Below are positions 8,972 through 19,991 of a DNA stretch of 64,000 nt, in pieces. The position numbers were made by a program, and so were the translations under genes. Source of the stretch: an uncultured Alphaproteobacteria bacterium (lineage in GTDB: Bacteria > Pseudomonadota > Alphaproteobacteria > JAJFIK01); assembly GCA_964612085.1 (NCBI GenBank), contig CAZTCJ010000009.1:3730-67729 (forward strand). The letters are read 5' to 3'. The first letter of the stretch is position 1. Every line of letters begins with the position of its first letter. Below the pieces are notes generated by a model. It made no database searches, had not been told where the DNA came from, and saw only the letters and a list, made by a program, of their open reading frames with translations.

Positions 8972-11749
8972 TCAGGCGGACGCCGTCACACTGCCATGGC
9001 ACTGTTTATACTTCTTACCCGATCCGCACGGGCACGGCTCGTTGCGCGAGACCCGGCCCCAGGTCGAGGGATCGTTCGGGTCCCGGTCGGCGGCGGTGAC
9101 CCGGCGGCGCAGCAATGGCTGGGCCGCCTCAAGGGACGGGTCGACGGCTTGGCCTGTCAACGGATCGATGGCGTCATGCTCTTCCTGCATGGGCCGCGCG
9201 GGCGCTTCGGGCATTTCGGGCGCCGGCGCTTCATCGGAAATCTGCAACAGCATCAGTTGCTGGGTGACTTCCTGGCGCAGACGGCCCAGCAGGCCTGAGA
9301 ACAGTTCGAAGGCTTCGGTCTTGTATTCGTTCAGCGGATCGCGCTGGGCATAGCCGCGCAGGCCCACGAACTGACGCAAATGATCGAGCTGTTGCAGATG
9401 CTCGCGCCAGTCCCGGTCGATGGTCTGGAGCAGCACGCTTTTCTCCACCCGGCGCATCAGCTCAGGACCGAGCCGCGCCGCCTTTTCCGCCATGGCCTTG
9501 TCGGAGGCGTCGAACAGGCGCTGGCGGATCTCCTCATCCGCGATGCCCTCTTCCTTGGCCCACTCAACGACCGGCAGGTCGAGACCCAGAACCTTGCCCG
9601 CCTCTTCCTGAAGGCCTTCGGAATCCCATTGCTCCGGATAGGCTTTTTCCGGGATATGGGCGGCCACCAGATCCTCGATCACCTGATGGCGCATATCCTT
9701 GATCACCTCGGCCAGATCGTCCGTACGCATCATTTCGATGCGCTGCTCGAAGATCGCCTTACGCTGATCGTTCATCACGTCGTCGTATTTCAGAAGGTTC
9801 TTACGCATGTCGAAATTACGCGCTTCCACCTTCTGCTGCGCCTTTTCAAGCGCCTTGTTGATCCACGGATGGATGATCGCCTCGCCTTCCTGGAGACCCA
9901 GACGCTGAAGCATGCTGTCGAGCCGTTCGGCCATGAAGATCCGCATCAGATCGTCTTCGAGGCTCAGATAGAATTTGGAGCGGCCCGGGTCGCCCTGACG
10001 GCCGGAACGGCCCCGAAGCTGGTTGTCGATACGGCGGCTTTCATGGCGCTCGGTGCCGATGACGTACAGCCCGCCCGCTTCCAAAGCCTCTTCCTTCTTC
10101 TTGACGACATCGGCGGTGATCTGTTCGATCTTCTTGGCGCGCTTGGCCTCGTCGGTGATATCGTCCGTCTCGCGCGCAATGCGCATTTCCAAATTGCCGC
10201 CAAGCTGAATATCCGTACCCCGGCCCGCCATATTGGTGGCGATGGTCACGCCGCCGGGCACGCCCGCTTCCGCCACGATCACGGCTTCCTGCTCGTGATA
10301 GCGCGCGTTCAGCACATTGTGCTTGATCTTGCGTTTCTTAAGCAGTTCCGAGACGTATTCGGATTTCTCGATGCTGGTGGTGCCCACGAGAACCGGCTGC
10401 TTGCTTTTGTGGCACTCTTCGATCTCTTCGACGATGGCGTCGTATTTTTCCTTCATGGTGCGGTAGACTTCATCGTCTTCGTCGATCCGGGCCACTGTCA
10501 CATTGGTCGGAATTTCCATCACGCCCAGCTTGTAGATGCTGTCGAATTCGGCCGCTTCGGTCATAGCCGTGCCGGTCATGCCCGCGAGCTTGTCGTAGAG
10601 CCGGAAATAATTCTGGAAGGTGACGGAGGCGAGCGTCTGGTTCTCGGGCTGAATATGGGCGCCTTCCTTGGCTTCCAGCGCCTGGTGCAGACCGTCGGAA
10701 TAGCGCCGGCCTTCCATCATGCGGCCCGTGAACTCGTCGATGATGACGACCCGGTTGTCCTTGACGATATAGTCCTTGTCCCGCGTAAAAAGCTTGTGGG
10801 CGCGCAAGGCCTGATTGACATGGTGCACGACCGACACATTGGCCACGTCGTAGAGGCTTTCCCCTTGCATCAAAGGTTCCGCCTGCGGATCTTCCGCGAG
10901 CATCTGCTCGTCATAGGAGCGCAGCAGCTCCTCGACCCGTTCGTTGCCGTCTTCGGTCAGCGTCACCGAGCGGGCTTTCTCGTCGATCTCGTAGTGCTCT
11001 TCCGCAAGCTGGGGAATGAGCTTGTCGATCACCACATACATTTCCGACATGTCGTCGGTCGGCCCGGAGATGATGAGCGGCGTGCGCGCCTCGTCGATCA
11101 GGATGGAGTCCACCTCATCCACGATCGCGAAGGAGTGGCCGCGCTGGGTCATGGACTCCAGGCTGTATTTCATGTTGTCGCGCAGATAGTCGAAGCCGAA
11201 TTCGTTGTTGGTGCCGTAGGTGACATCCGCGGCATAGGCTTCCCGGCGCTGGTCGTCCGAAAGGCCGTGGATGATGCAGCCCACCGACAGGCCCAGAAAG
11301 CGATAGACCTGCCCCATCCATTCGGCGTCGCGGCTCGCCAGATAGTCGTTCACCGTGACCACATGGACGCCCTTGCCCGCAAGCGCGTTCAGATAGACCG
11401 CGAGCGTCGCCACCAGGGTCTTACCCTCACCGGTCTTCATTTCGGCGATCAGGCCGTTATGCAGCACCATGCCGCCCAGAAGCTGCACATCGTAATGGCG
11501 CTGGCCGAGGGTGCGCTTGGCTGCCTCCCGCACGGTGGCGAAGGCCTCCACGAGCAGGGAATCGAGCTTTTCGCCCTGGTCCAGGCGTTCCCGGAAGGCG
11601 ACCGTCCTTTGGGCGATCTCGGCGTCGGACAGAGCCTCCAGCTCCGGCTCCAGGGCATTGATCGCCTCCACCCTGTTCATGAACGGCTTGAGTTTGCGGT
11701 CGTTGGATGAGCCAAACAATTTCCGCCCCAAGGTGCCGAAACCCAGCAT
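8972..11749 (-). CDS. secA: preprotein translocase ATPase SecA
   Basis: [13 protein letters not shown] Walker [20 protein letters not shown], and C-terminal zinc finger [14 protein letters not shown]. Canonical start [21 protein letters not shown] at 11749 (the track ORF extends to 11821). Confidence 0.95.
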   Translation of the reverse strand: MLGFGTLGRKLFGSSNDRKLKPFMNRVEAINALEPELEALSDAEIAQRTVAFRERLDQGEKLDSLLVEAFATVREAAKRTLGQRHYDVQLLGGMVLHNGLIAEMKTGEGKTLVATLAVYLNALAGKGVHVVTVNDYLASRDAEWMGQVYRFLGLSVGCIIHGLSDDQRREAYAADVTYGTNNEFGFDYLRDNMKYSLESMTQRGHSFAIVDEVDSILIDEARTPLIISGPTDDMSEMYVVIDKLIPQLAEEHYEIDEKARSVTLTEDGNERVEELLRSYDEQMLAEDPQAEPLMQGESLYDVANVSVVHHVNQALRAHKLFTRDKDYIVKDNRVVIIDEFTGRMMEGRRYSDGLHQALEAKEGAHIQPENQTLASVTFQNYFRLYDKLAGMTGTAMTEAAEFDSIYKLGVMEIPTNVTVARIDEDDEVYRTMKEKYDAIVEEIEECHKSKQPVLVGTTSIEKSEYVSELLKKRKIKHNVLNARYHEQEAVIVAEAGVPGGVTIATNMAGRGTDIQLGGNLEMRIARETDDITDEAKRAKKIEQITADVVKKKEEALEAGGLYVIGTERHESRRIDNQLRGRSGRQGDPGRSKFYLSLEDDLMRIFMAERLDSMLQRLGLQEGEAIIHPWINKALEKAQQKVEARNFDMRKNLLKYDDVMNDQRKAIFEQRIEMMRTDDLAEVIKDMRHQVIEDLVAAHIPEKAYPEQWDSEGLQEEAGKVLGLDLPVVEWAKEEGIADEEIRQRLFDASDKAMAEKAARLGPELMRRVEKSVLLQTIDRDWREHLQQLDHLRQFVGLRGYAQRDPLNEYKTEAFELFSGLLGRLRQEVTQQLMLLQISDEAPAPEMPEAPARPMQEEHDAIDPLTGQAVDPSLEAAQPLLRRRVTAADRDPNDPSTWGRVSRNEPCPCGSGKKYKQCHGSVTASA

Positions 11750-12447
11750 GACAGTCCTTTCCTCGTCGTTTCCGGGCACTTTATACCGGAAAAATCCGGG
11801 CTTCGCGCCGTCAGCCTGCATGGCGGTGGGCCGCGAAGTCTCGCGCCATAATCTCTCTGGAGCACGGCGCGCCAGATTTAGGCCCCCAGCCGTCGCGCGC
11901 CTCTCGTGTGCACTATATAATAGGAACCTTGCGCAACCCCAAGCGGGGCAATGCGCGATTTATGACCGGATCGGGAGACGGGCATGCGCGCCCAATGGAT
12001 GAGAACGGCTCTCATTGCCGCCGCCCTGCTCTTGGCGGCCTCGATCCTGATCGCGCTTAGCGCCGATCCGCGCGATTTCGGTCTGGGCTGACCGCTCCCT
12101 CCATCACACGTCTCACAGCCACACATCTCGCAGGGCGCGGCGCCTGCCGCCGCCCTTGCATTCCTGACAAGACCACGAAATGCTTGGCCGCATCCGAATC
12201 GTTTTGAGCCCAGGCCCGCGAGACGCCCATGGTCCGTACACCCCGAAAAACCGCCGCGAAGAAATTGCAGGCCAAGCGCAAGGCGGCGAAAAAGGCCGCG
12301 TCGGCCGCCAAGCCCCGGACATCGCGGTTCGATCTTCAGCATGCGCTCGACCCTTTGGCCTCCGTGCTAAAAAGCGCGCTGCTGACGCGGGCGGAAAGCG
12401 ATGCGCCGCCGCCTCCAGCGAAGCCCGCGGCAAGGCCGAAACCGTCC

Positions 12448-13698
12448 GTGCCCAAAACGGCGGCGAAACGCTCCCCGCTCGCGCCGGACGCATCCGCCCC
12501 GCTCAAGCCCGTGGAAGGCATCACCCTGGCCACCGCCAATGTGGGTCCGAAATTCAAGGGCCGGCCGGACCTTCTGGTCGCCCAGTTCGAGGCCGGCACC
12601 ACGGCGGCGGGCGTGTTCACCCAGTCGGGCACGGCGGCGGCCCCCGTTCATTGGTGCCGCGAGCATCTGGACCGCAATCTGGGCGGCGAGGCGCGCCTGC
12701 TGATCGTCAATGCGGGCAACGCCAATGCCTTCACCGGCAAGAAAGGTGGCGAAACAGTCAAGACCATCGCCCAGGCCGCGGCCAAGGCCGGGAAATGCCG
12801 CCAGCGGAATATCTTCATGGCCTCCACGGGCGTGATCGGCGAGCCGCTCGACCCCGAGCCCATTTGCAGCGCCTTGCCGGGTTTGTGCGAAACAACGAAA
12901 CCGGATCAATGGGGCGCGGCCGCCCGCGCCATCATGACCACCGATACTTTCGCCAAAACGGCGACGGCCACCGCCGAGATCGACGGCGTGCCGGTGACCA
13001 TCAATGGCATCGCCAAGGGCTCCGGCATGATCCAGCCGGACATGGCGACCATGCTGGCGTTTCTGTTTACCGACGCGGGCCTGCCCGGCGACGTGCTCCA
13101 AACCCTGCTGCTTCTGGGGGTGCGCGACACCTTCAACACGGTGACCGTGGACGGTGACACCTCCACCAACGATGCGGTCATGGCCTTCGCCACGGGCAAG
13201 AAGGAGCATGCGCCCATCAAACGGCCCGGCGACCGGCGTCTGGCCGATTTCCGGCGCAAATGGCACGGGGTGATGCACGATCTGGCGCTTCAGATCGTGC
13301 GCGACGGCGAAGGCGCCACCAAACTGATCAAAATCGATGTAACGGGTGCAGACACCGCCCGCAATGCCCGCCAGATCGCCTATTCGATTGCCAATTCGCC
13401 ACTGGTCAAAACCGCTGTCGCGGGAGAAGATGCCAATTGGGGACGCATCGTGATGGCCGTGGGCAAGTCCGGCGCACCGGTCGATCCGTCCCGTCTGGCG
13501 ATCCGCATTGGCGGTCTGGCCGTCGCAAAGAACGGCGAGCGCGATCCGGCTTACAACGAAGCCAAACTCGCGCGCCACATGAAGGAGCAGCAGATTGCGA
13601 TCGCAGTCGATGTGGGGATCGGTTCGGGGACTGCCACGGTTTGGACCTGCGACCTCACGCACGGGTACATTTCGATCAACGCAGACTACCGCAGCTGA
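12448..13698 (+). CDS. argJ: bifunctional ornithine acetyltransferase / N-acetylglutamate synthase ArgJ
   Basis: SPLAP...GITLATANVGPKFKGRPDLLV, and self-cleavage region KGSGMIQPDMATMLAFLFTDA. The in-frame GTG at 12448 gives the usual size of about 416 aa. The ORF is open back to the ATG at 12229 (see finding). Confidence 0.9.
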   Translation: MPKTAAKRSPLAPDASAPLKPVEGITLATANVGPKFKGRPDLLVAQFEAGTTAAGVFTQSGTAAAPVHWCREHLDRNLGGEARLLIVNAGNANAFTGKKGGETVKTIAQAAAKAGKCRQRNIFMASTGVIGEPLDPEPICSALPGLCETTKPDQWGAAARAIMTTDTFAKTATATAEIDGVPVTINGIAKGSGMIQPDMATMLAFLFTDAGLPGDVLQTLLLLGVRDTFNTVTVDGDTSTNDAVMAFATGKKEHAPIKRPGDRRLADFRRKWHGVMHDLALQIVRDGEGATKLIKIDVTGADTARNARQIAYSIANSPLVKTAVAGEDANWGRIVMAVGKSGAPVDPSRLAIRIGGLAVAKNGERDPAYNEAKLARHMKEQQIAIAVDVGIGSGTATVWTCDLTHGYISINADYRS

Positions 13699-13723
13699 CA
13701 CCCTGCTCGACGCGCTGCCGCTC

Positions 13724-14278
13724 GTGACGGACCGCTTGCGCCTGCGCCGCTTGCGGCCCGGCGACGCCGATGCGGTCGTGGCCTATGTCAGCGATTGGGA
13801 CGTGGCCAAACAAACGGGCGACATTCCCTATCCCTATTCGGAGACGGCCGCGCGCGACTGGATCGGCCGGGAAATGCGCGACTGGGCGCGGGGCAAGGGC
13901 TGCGCGCTCGCCATCGAAGACCGGGAGACCGGCGCATTCATCGGCACCGTCTCCTTCCGCCTGCGGAACAGCAGGCTGACGCTCAAGCGCGCGGAAGTGG
14001 GCTATTGGATCGGCAAACCCCACTGGAACAAGGGTTACGCCACCGAAGCCGTCGGCGTGGCGGTCCCCTGGTTTTCCGAGACCCTGCGCGCACGCCGCGT
14101 CGAAGCGGTCACCTTCGCCGATAACGAAGGCTCGATCCAGGTGCTGAACAAGCTCGGCTTCCGGAAGATCCGCGCGACCACCCGCGCCTATCCCGACAGG
14201 GGCGGTCCGCGTGCGGTCGAGATCTATCTGTGGATGGCGCCGTCACGGCGCTGGCGCGACCGGCGCGACGAACTTTAG
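13724..14278 (+). CDS. GNAT N-acetyltransferase (RimJ/RimL-like)
   Basis: LRLRRLRPGDADAVVAYVSDWDV... and YWIGKPHWNKGYATEAV acetyl-CoA motif. The track start (13595) overlaps argJ by about 100 nt, so the in-frame GTG at 13724 is my guess. Confidence 0.7.
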   Translation: MTDRLRLRRLRPGDADAVVAYVSDWDVAKQTGDIPYPYSETAARDWIGREMRDWARGKGCALAIEDRETGAFIGTVSFRLRNSRLTLKRAEVGYWIGKPHWNKGYATEAVGVAVPWFSETLRARRVEAVTFADNEGSIQVLNKLGFRKIRATTRAYPDRGGPRAVEIYLWMAPSRRWRDRRDEL

Positions 14279-14289
14279 AGCCTAGGGCT

Positions 14290-15600
14290 CTAGGCCGCCG
14301 TCGCGGCGCGCAGTAAACGTTCCGTCACCGGCACGTTGGGCCGTGCCTCGAACCGCTCTTTCAGCATGGGGACGGTTTCCTCGGCCCGGCCCGCCCTGAT
14401 CGCCGCATCGATATAGGTCTGCACGAAAATGTCCCGCTGGGCGTGCGATCCACCGATCCGGTGGAGCATCTCCAGGCGGGGCCGCAGCAGCTCGGCGGCG
14501 TCCTCATACCGCTTTTGCCCATGCGCCGCGATGCCGTAGGCCACCGGCACCGCCACTTCGCGCCAGATATCGTAGAGCACGCCGTCCTGACGCAGGGCAT
14601 GACGTTCCATGGAATAGAGGAAGGTGTCCACGTCGCAACAAGTGCCGGCCCGCGCCAGGGCATAGACGTAATGGAGGTCGTGGAACGGCAGCAGATGCTC
14701 CAGTTCCCGCTCCCGCACCCGGCCGAGCAGCGGCTGCCAGCGCCCGCCCACATCGACACCGCGCAACTCCAGACGCCAGAGCATGGAAATGGCGCCGATC
14801 TGTTCCTGGCAAAACTCCGGATACAGACCCTCCAGATGCTCGTCATACACTTTCAAGGCGGCGGCATGATCGTCCAGGTCCAGATGAAACAGGGCCACAT
14901 GCCACCAGTTATGGAGACGGATAAAAAAGCCCTTGTCGTCCCAGGTCTCGCTCATGTCGTACATCCAGCCGAGACCGTCCTCGACGCGGCCCTGGGTTTC
15001 CATCACATGGGCCACCGCATGGTGGGCCCAGGGATCGGCCCGCTCGATCTCGACGGCACGGCGCCCGGCCTCCTCGGCTTCATCCAGACGATGGGCCTGT
15101 TCGAGCGCGAACGCCTGCATGCCATGGACATAAGGCGCGCCGTCATGGACCTGCGCCAGGCGCTCGCCCAGCGCCAGAAGGCCGTCCTGGTCGCCCAGAT
15201 TGAAGCAGTGATACTGGCCCCATTTGACGGCCGCCAGATCCTCCGGCCAACGCGCCGCCATGTCCTTGAAGATCGCCGCCGTCTTGGGGAAGTCGCGTAC
15301 GCTCCAGGCACTCACCGCATCGACGAAACAGCGTTCCCGCTCCGTGGCGTGCGCGGCGCAGGCCTGCGCCCGTTCCAGATAGGGTTCGGCCTTGCGGAAG
15401 CCGCTCGCCGCCTCGAAGGCCATGTGAACGGCAGCGGCATGGGCATTGGCCGCGCAGCAGCCCCGGTCGGCATCCGCCGCCTCGATGATCTTGGGCAGGG
15501 TCTTGCCGTAGGACAGGAACCCTTCCGTATACATATCGAACGCGTCGGCCGTTTCCGGACAGTCGCTGGTGATTTCGTTGCCGTAGCGATCTTGAACCAT
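14290..15600 (-). CDS. TPR-like helical-repeat protein (TTC38-like)
   Basis: 436-aa all-helical repeat protein. The N-terminus MVQDRYGNEITSDCPETADAFDMYTEGFLSYG resembles the TTC38 family as I remember it. Confidence 0.7.
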   Translation of the reverse strand: MVQDRYGNEITSDCPETADAFDMYTEGFLSYGKTLPKIIEAADADRGCCAANAHAAAVHMAFEAASGFRKAEPYLERAQACAAHATERERCFVDAVSAWSVRDFPKTAAIFKDMAARWPEDLAAVKWGQYHCFNLGDQDGLLALGERLAQVHDGAPYVHGMQAFALEQAHRLDEAEEAGRRAVEIERADPWAHHAVAHVMETQGRVEDGLGWMYDMSETWDDKGFFIRLHNWWHVALFHLDLDDHAAALKVYDEHLEGLYPEFCQEQIGAISMLWRLELRGVDVGGRWQPLLGRVRERELEHLLPFHDLHYVYALARAGTCCDVDTFLYSMERHALRQDGVLYDIWREVAVPVAYGIAAHGQKRYEDAAELLRPRLEMLHRIGGSHAQRDIFVQTYIDAAIRAGRAEETVPMLKERFEARPNVPVTERLLRAATAA

Positions 15601-15694
15601 GACTTAGGTATAAGGGTCGTTCCCCGAAACGCTAATCACGGACCTGAAGTGCCCCATCACGGTCGCGTGACATGCGGTGTGCCCCCCAAGGGAA

Positions 15695-15720
15695 AGCCCC
15701 CGGCGTTTCCACCGGGGGCT
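15695..15720 (-). terminator. probable intrinsic terminator after the BI-1 gene
   Basis: 9-bp GC stem AGCCCCCGG/CCGGGGGCT with an 8-nt loop, followed on the minus strand by UUUCCCUU. It lies about 30 nt past the stop at 15751. Confidence 0.5.
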
Positions 15721-15750
15721 GTCCGATTGGCCAGTGCGGCCGCCGGTCGC

Positions 15751-16479
15751 TTACTCGCGGTTTCCGCCCAGAAGCGACAGCAGCATGATGAAGAGGTTGA
15801 TGAAGTCCAGATAGAGGCTGAGCGCGCCCATCAGCGCCTTCTTGCCCGCCGTATCCGTATCGTCGCCCGCGAAATAGGCTTCCTTGACCCGTTGTGTGTC
15901 ATAGGCCGTCAGACCGGTAAAGATCAGCACACCCGCGATAGACACCGCAAATTGCAACGCGCTCGACTGCATGAAAATGTTCACGACCGAGGCGATGATG
16001 ATGCCGATCAGGCCCATGATCAGGAAGGAGCCGAATTTCGACAGGTCGGTCTTGGTCGTGTAGCCGTAGAGGCTCATGGCGCCGAAGGTCACGCCGGTGA
16101 TCAGGAACACCCGGAAGATGTCCTGCCCCGTATAGGCGATGAAGATCGTGGAGAGCGACACGCCCATCAGCGTGGCGAAGGCCCAGAACCAGCCTTGAGC
16201 GGCGCCGAAGCTCAGCTTGTGCACCCGCGCGCTCAGATAGAAGACCACGCCCAGCGGCGCCAGCATCACCACCCATTTCAGGGGCGTGCCGAAGATCGTC
16301 TGCAGCAGAGCCGGCGACGTGGAGACGGCGAACGCCACCGCGCCCGACAGGCCCAGGGCCAGCATCATGTAATTGTAGACGCGCACCATATGGGCGCGCA
16401 GACCCTGGTCGATGGCGGCGTCATAGGTCGGGGTCGCAGCGCCGCGCGCACCCAGAGTGTTGCGTTGGAAGTCAGCCAT
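15751..16479 (-). CDS. Bax inhibitor-1/YccA family membrane protein
   Basis: 242 aa with 7 predicted TM segments. N-terminal pattern DQGLRAHMVRVYNYMMLALGLSG and C-terminal charged tail ...LGGNRE. Confidence 0.85.
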   Translation of the reverse strand: MADFQRNTLGARGAATPTYDAAIDQGLRAHMVRVYNYMMLALGLSGAVAFAVSTSPALLQTIFGTPLKWVVMLAPLGVVFYLSARVHKLSFGAAQGWFWAFATLMGVSLSTIFIAYTGQDIFRVFLITGVTFGAMSLYGYTTKTDLSKFGSFLIMGLIGIIIASVVNIFMQSSALQFAVSIAGVLIFTGLTAYDTQRVKEAYFAGDDTDTAGKKALMGALSLYLDFINLFIMLLSLLGGNRE

Positions 16480-16670
16480 GTGAATCCATTCCCTAGATTA
16501 GCAAATCAGCCCGAATGATACCCCTCACCGGTTCACGTGGTTTGAACCGGATTATCAAAGAGCATATTGGCAAATTGGGCGGTGTTTTCAAGTGAAACCG
16601 GCATTCCCAAGAAGACACAAACAGACACGAGCGAACATCAACAGATAAAAAAATTCGCGGCATTTTGCGG

Positions 16671-19199
16671 TCATTCGGACCGCAATACCCGCGCTGCTGG
16701 CACGCCGAGGGACTGCCAGGTCCCGGCCAGGCCCAAAACGATCGTGACAGCGGTGGCGGCGAAAACCGTGGTCGCCACGGTCCAGGGCAAGAACACCCAG
16801 GGCGCGTCCATCACTTCCGTGATCACCAGATAGGCTGCCAGCGTGCCCGCGCCTGCCGCCATGACGGCCGTCGCCAGTCCCAGAAGCGCATATTCGAGAA
16901 TATAGGCGGCCATGACCCGGTTTCGGGTGGCCCCCAGCACCTTCAGCACCGAGGCGTCGTACATGCGCTGGCGATGGCCCGCCGCCATGGCGCCCGCCAG
17001 CACCAGCACGCCCGCGATCAGGGTCACACCGCTGGTGCCGCGCACGGCCAGCGCCAGATCCTCGACAATGCTGTTGAAGGCATCGAGCGCCTCACGCACC
17101 CGCACGGCGGCCACGCTCGGGAAGGCGTCGCTGACCCGGCGCTCCAGTTCGTCTTCCGCCTCGGGCGCCGCATAGACGGCGGCCACGAAGGTATGGGGCG
17201 CGGCTTCGAGCAGACCCGGCGAATAGACGAACAGAAAATTGAGGCCGATGGTCTCCCAGTCGAGATTACGCAGATTGGCGATCTCGGCCGTGATCTCCCG
17301 GCCCGCGATATTGAGCGTCAAGGTGTCGCCGATGCCGATCCCAAAGGCCCGGGCGATATCCTGGTCGATGGAAAGAAGCGGCGGCCCGTCATAATCCTCC
17401 GGCCACCACGCGCCTTCGACGATGGTGGAATTGACCGGCACTTCGCTGGCATAGGTGACGCCCCGGTCGCCGCGCAGGGTCCAGCGCCCCTCTTCGGCCA
17501 CCTCCGCTTCCTCCGCAGGCACCCCATTGATGCGGGTGATCCGCCCCCGGAGGGACGAGACCCGCTCGGAATCTCCAACCCCCTCGATATCGCCCAGGAT
17601 GGCGTCGAACTCATCGACACCGTCTTTGGGAATATCGATGAAGAAAAAGGCAGCAGCGTCTTCAGGCAAGCGGTCGCGCACCTGGGCGGAGATATTGCCG
17701 TCGATCAGCGAGACGGTGACGAGCAGGGTCAGGCCCAGGCCCAGCGACAGGACGACGCTCGATGTAGGCGCGCCGGGCCGGTAGAGATTGGCGAGCGCCA
17801 GGCGCAGAGCCGGCCGTTTCGGCCGCCCCGCCGCCTTCGCCGCTTGAGCGATGAGCACGGCCGCACCGCGCAGGATCGCGAAGGCGAGCGCCGCCCCGAT
17901 CAGGAACACGAGCGCGAACGTCCTGTTCTCCGTGAACAGAACAGCGAGCGCGCCCATGAGCACCAGCGCCACGCCGGAGGCAACGATATATTCCGGACGC
18001 GGCCAGCGCCGGGCGGGCGCCACCAGATCGCGGAAGAGACCGGCGGCCGGCACTTCCCGCGCCCGCGCCAAAGGCCAGATGGAAAAGGCAGCGGCCACCA
18101 GCACGCCATATGCGCCCGCCAACAGAAGCGGCTGGGTGTAGAGACCGAAGCGTGCAGGGATCGGCAGGTCGTTGCCGTAAATCCAGGCCACCAGAAACGG
18201 CGCCAGCGCGCCGAGGGCCAAGCCGATGACGATCCCCAGCACCGACAGGATCATCACCTGCGCGAAGTAAGACTGGAACACCAGCGGGCCCGTGGCGCCC
18301 AGGCATTTGAACGTGGCAATGACGGATTTCTTGCGCTCCAGATAGCTGTGCACGCCATTGCCGACGCCGACCCCGCCCACCACCAGCGCGGTCAGGCCGA
18401 CCAGGGTGAGAAAGACGCTCACCTGGCGGACGAAATTGCGCGCGCCCGGCGAGGCGTTACTGCGGGTCTGGATCTGCCAGTCGGAGTCCGGGAAGGTCTC
18501 GCGGGCCTGCTCCACCCAATCGCGCACCACCACGTCCGGCGCAGGGTCGGGGAACAGCACACGGTAATTGTGATCGATCAGGCTGCCTTCCTGGACAAGG
18601 CCCGAGGCCTGGAGCCCGGCAAGCGAAATCAGGACGCGCGGGCCCAGGCGGAACGCCGTCGTGGCGTCCGGTTCGCGCACGATCTCCGCCCGGATCTCGA
18701 AAAGCTGTGTGCCGATGATGATGCGGTCGCCCACCTCGATCTCGAGACGGCGCAACAAAGCGGGCTCGGCCACCGCGCCGTAGATCCCGTCCTGGTCGGC
18801 CAGCGCCCGCTGCACATCGACGGGCACGGACAATGCCATCTCGCCCACCATGGGATAGAGGCGGTCCACCGCTTTCAGGGACACCAGACGGCGCGCCTCC
18901 CGGTCCTCGCGGATCGCGGTCGCGCGCATGGTGGCGATATGGGAGACCTGGCCCGTGGACTGGAGCCAGTCCAATTCCTCCGACGTGGCATCGCGCAAAA
19001 CGAGCTCGACCTCCACGTCGCCGCCCAACAGCGTGCGGCCTTCCTGGGCAAGGCCCTCGACAAAGGCCGCGCTGATCGAGCCCACGGCCGCGATCGCCGC
19101 CACGCCCAGGGCGAGACACGCCAGAAAGATCCGAAAGCCCCGTAAGCCCGCGCGCAGTTCCCGCCGCGCGATACGGAGGGGCAGTGGCAACGCCATGGT
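16671..19199 (-). CDS. ABC transporter permease with two FtsX-type modules (YbbP-like)
   Basis: About 840 aa after trimming to MALPLPLRIARRELRAGLRGFRIFLACLALGV. It has duplicated 4-TM FtsX-like blocks with large periplasmic loops, and starts 10 nt after the ATPase stop. Confidence 0.85.
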   Translation of the reverse strand, partial: TMALPLPLRIARRELRAGLRGFRIFLACLALGVAAIAAVGSISAAFVEGLAQEGRTLLGGDVEVELVLRDATSEELDWLQSTGQVSHIATMRATAIREDREARRLVSLKAVDRLYPMVGEMALSVPVDVQRALADQDGIYGAVAEPALLRRLEIEVGDRIIIGTQLFEIRAEIVREPDATTAFRLGPRVLISLAGLQASGLVQEGSLIDHNYRVLFPDPAPDVVVRDWVEQARETFPDSDWQIQTRSNASPGARNFVRQVSVFLTLVGLTALVVGGVGVGNGVHSYLERKKSVIATFKCLGATGPLVFQSYFAQVMILSVLGIVIGLALGALAPFLVAWIYGNDLPIPARFGLYTQPLLLAGAYGVLVAAAFSIWPLARAREVPAAGLFRDLVAPARRWPRPEYIVASGVALVLMGALAVLFTENRTFALVFLIGAALAFAILRGAAVLIAQAAKAAGRPKRPALRLALANLYRPGAPTSSVVLSLGLGLTLLVTVSLIDGNISAQVRDRLPEDAAAFFFIDIPKDGVDEFDAILGDIEGVGDSERVSSLRGRITRINGVPAEEAEVAEEGRWTLRGDRGVTYASEVPVNSTIVEGAWWPEDYDGPPLLSIDQDIARAFGIGIGDTLTLNIAGREITAEIANLRNLDWETIGLNFLFVYSPGLLEAAPHTFVAAVYAAPEAEDELERRVSDAFPSVAAVRVREALDAFNSIVEDLALAVRGTSGVTLIAGVLVLAGAMAAGHRQRMYDASVLKVLGATRNRVMAAYILEYALLGLATAVMAAGAGTLAAYLVITEVMDAPWVFLPWTVATTVFAATAVTIVLGLAGTWQSLGVPAARVLRSE

Positions 19200-19209
19200 C
19201 AACCCTCCG

Positions 19210-19956
19210 TCAGTCCGTGGCCATATCGGCGACCACCGCCGTCTCGTCCGCAGCCCGATCACCGGCGGCAGCAGACGCGCTGTCCGTCCCCTGTTCGATC
19301 CGGTCGATCCGCCCGTCGCGCAAATGCACCACCCGGTCGCATTGGGCGGCCAGCCCCTCGTCATGGGTGATCAGCACCAGCGTCGCGCCGACACGCCGTT
19401 GCAGGGCGAACATCAGCTTGACGATCTGCGACCCCGTGCTGCCGTCCAGATTACCCGTGGGTTCGTCCGCCAAGAGCAGGCGCGGCTCCCCGGCAACGGC
19501 CCGGGCCAAGGCCACCCGCTGCTGCTCGCCGCCTGAAAGCTGGCCTGGATAATGGGTCAGCCGGTGGCCCAGCCCGACGGCCATCAATTCCGCCCGCGCC
19601 CGCTCAAAGGCGTCGTCGCGCCCGGCGAATTCCAGGGGGATCGCCACATTTTCCAGAGCGGTCATGGTGGGCACCAGATGGAAGGACTGGAACACGATGC
19701 CTACATTGTCGCGGCGGAAGAGCGCCAGATCGTCCTCGCCCATGGCCGTCAGATCCTTGTCGGCGGCGATGATGCGCCCCCGCGTGGGCCGTTCCAGCCC
19801 GGCGATCGCCATCATCAGCGTCGATTTGCCCGACCCCGACGGTCCCACGAGCCCCACGGCCTCGCCATCGGGCACATCGAGGGAAATGCCGCGCAAAATA
19901 TCGACGATCCCGGCTTCGCTCTGAAGGGAAAGATGAATATCGTCCAGTTTCAGCAT
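19210..19956 (-). CDS. ABC transporter ATP-binding protein (YbbA/LolD-like)
   Basis: Walker A GPSGSGKST, signature LSGGEQQRVALARA, Walker B LLLADEPTGNLD. Confidence 0.9.
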   Translation of the reverse strand: MLKLDDIHLSLQSEAGIVDILRGISLDVPDGEAVGLVGPSGSGKSTLMMAIAGLERPTRGRIIAADKDLTAMGEDDLALFRRDNVGIVFQSFHLVPTMTALENVAIPLEFAGRDDAFERARAELMAVGLGHRLTHYPGQLSGGEQQRVALARAVAGEPRLLLADEPTGNLDGSTGSQIVKLMFALQRRVGATLVLITHDEGLAAQCDRVVHLRDGRIDRIEQGTDSASAAAGDRAADETAVVADMATD

Positions 19957-19991
19957 CGCCCTTCCCTTAACCGATCAGCGGAGCGGAGACC

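Noticed and set aside
9380-11710. Very long ORFs on the strand opposite well-supported genes. Examples: 776 aa opposite secA, 691 aa at 14443-16518, 826 aa at 16665-19145, 546 aa at 46159-47799, 504 aa at 1547-3061, 355 aa at 43783-44850, 531 aa at 7703-9298.
   Set aside because: They are Arg/Gly/Pro/His-rich with no motifs, and they fully overlap genes with clear family signatures. These are typical stop-codon-poor antisense frames of high-GC DNA.
11984-12091. A 35-codon ORF (MRAQWMRTALIAAALLLAASILIALSADPRDFGLG) with GGGAGA upstream, in the secA-argJ spacer.
   Set aside because: It is plausible as a small membrane peptide, but there is no supporting context and it is very short. I cannot separate it from chance in GC-rich DNA without conservation data.
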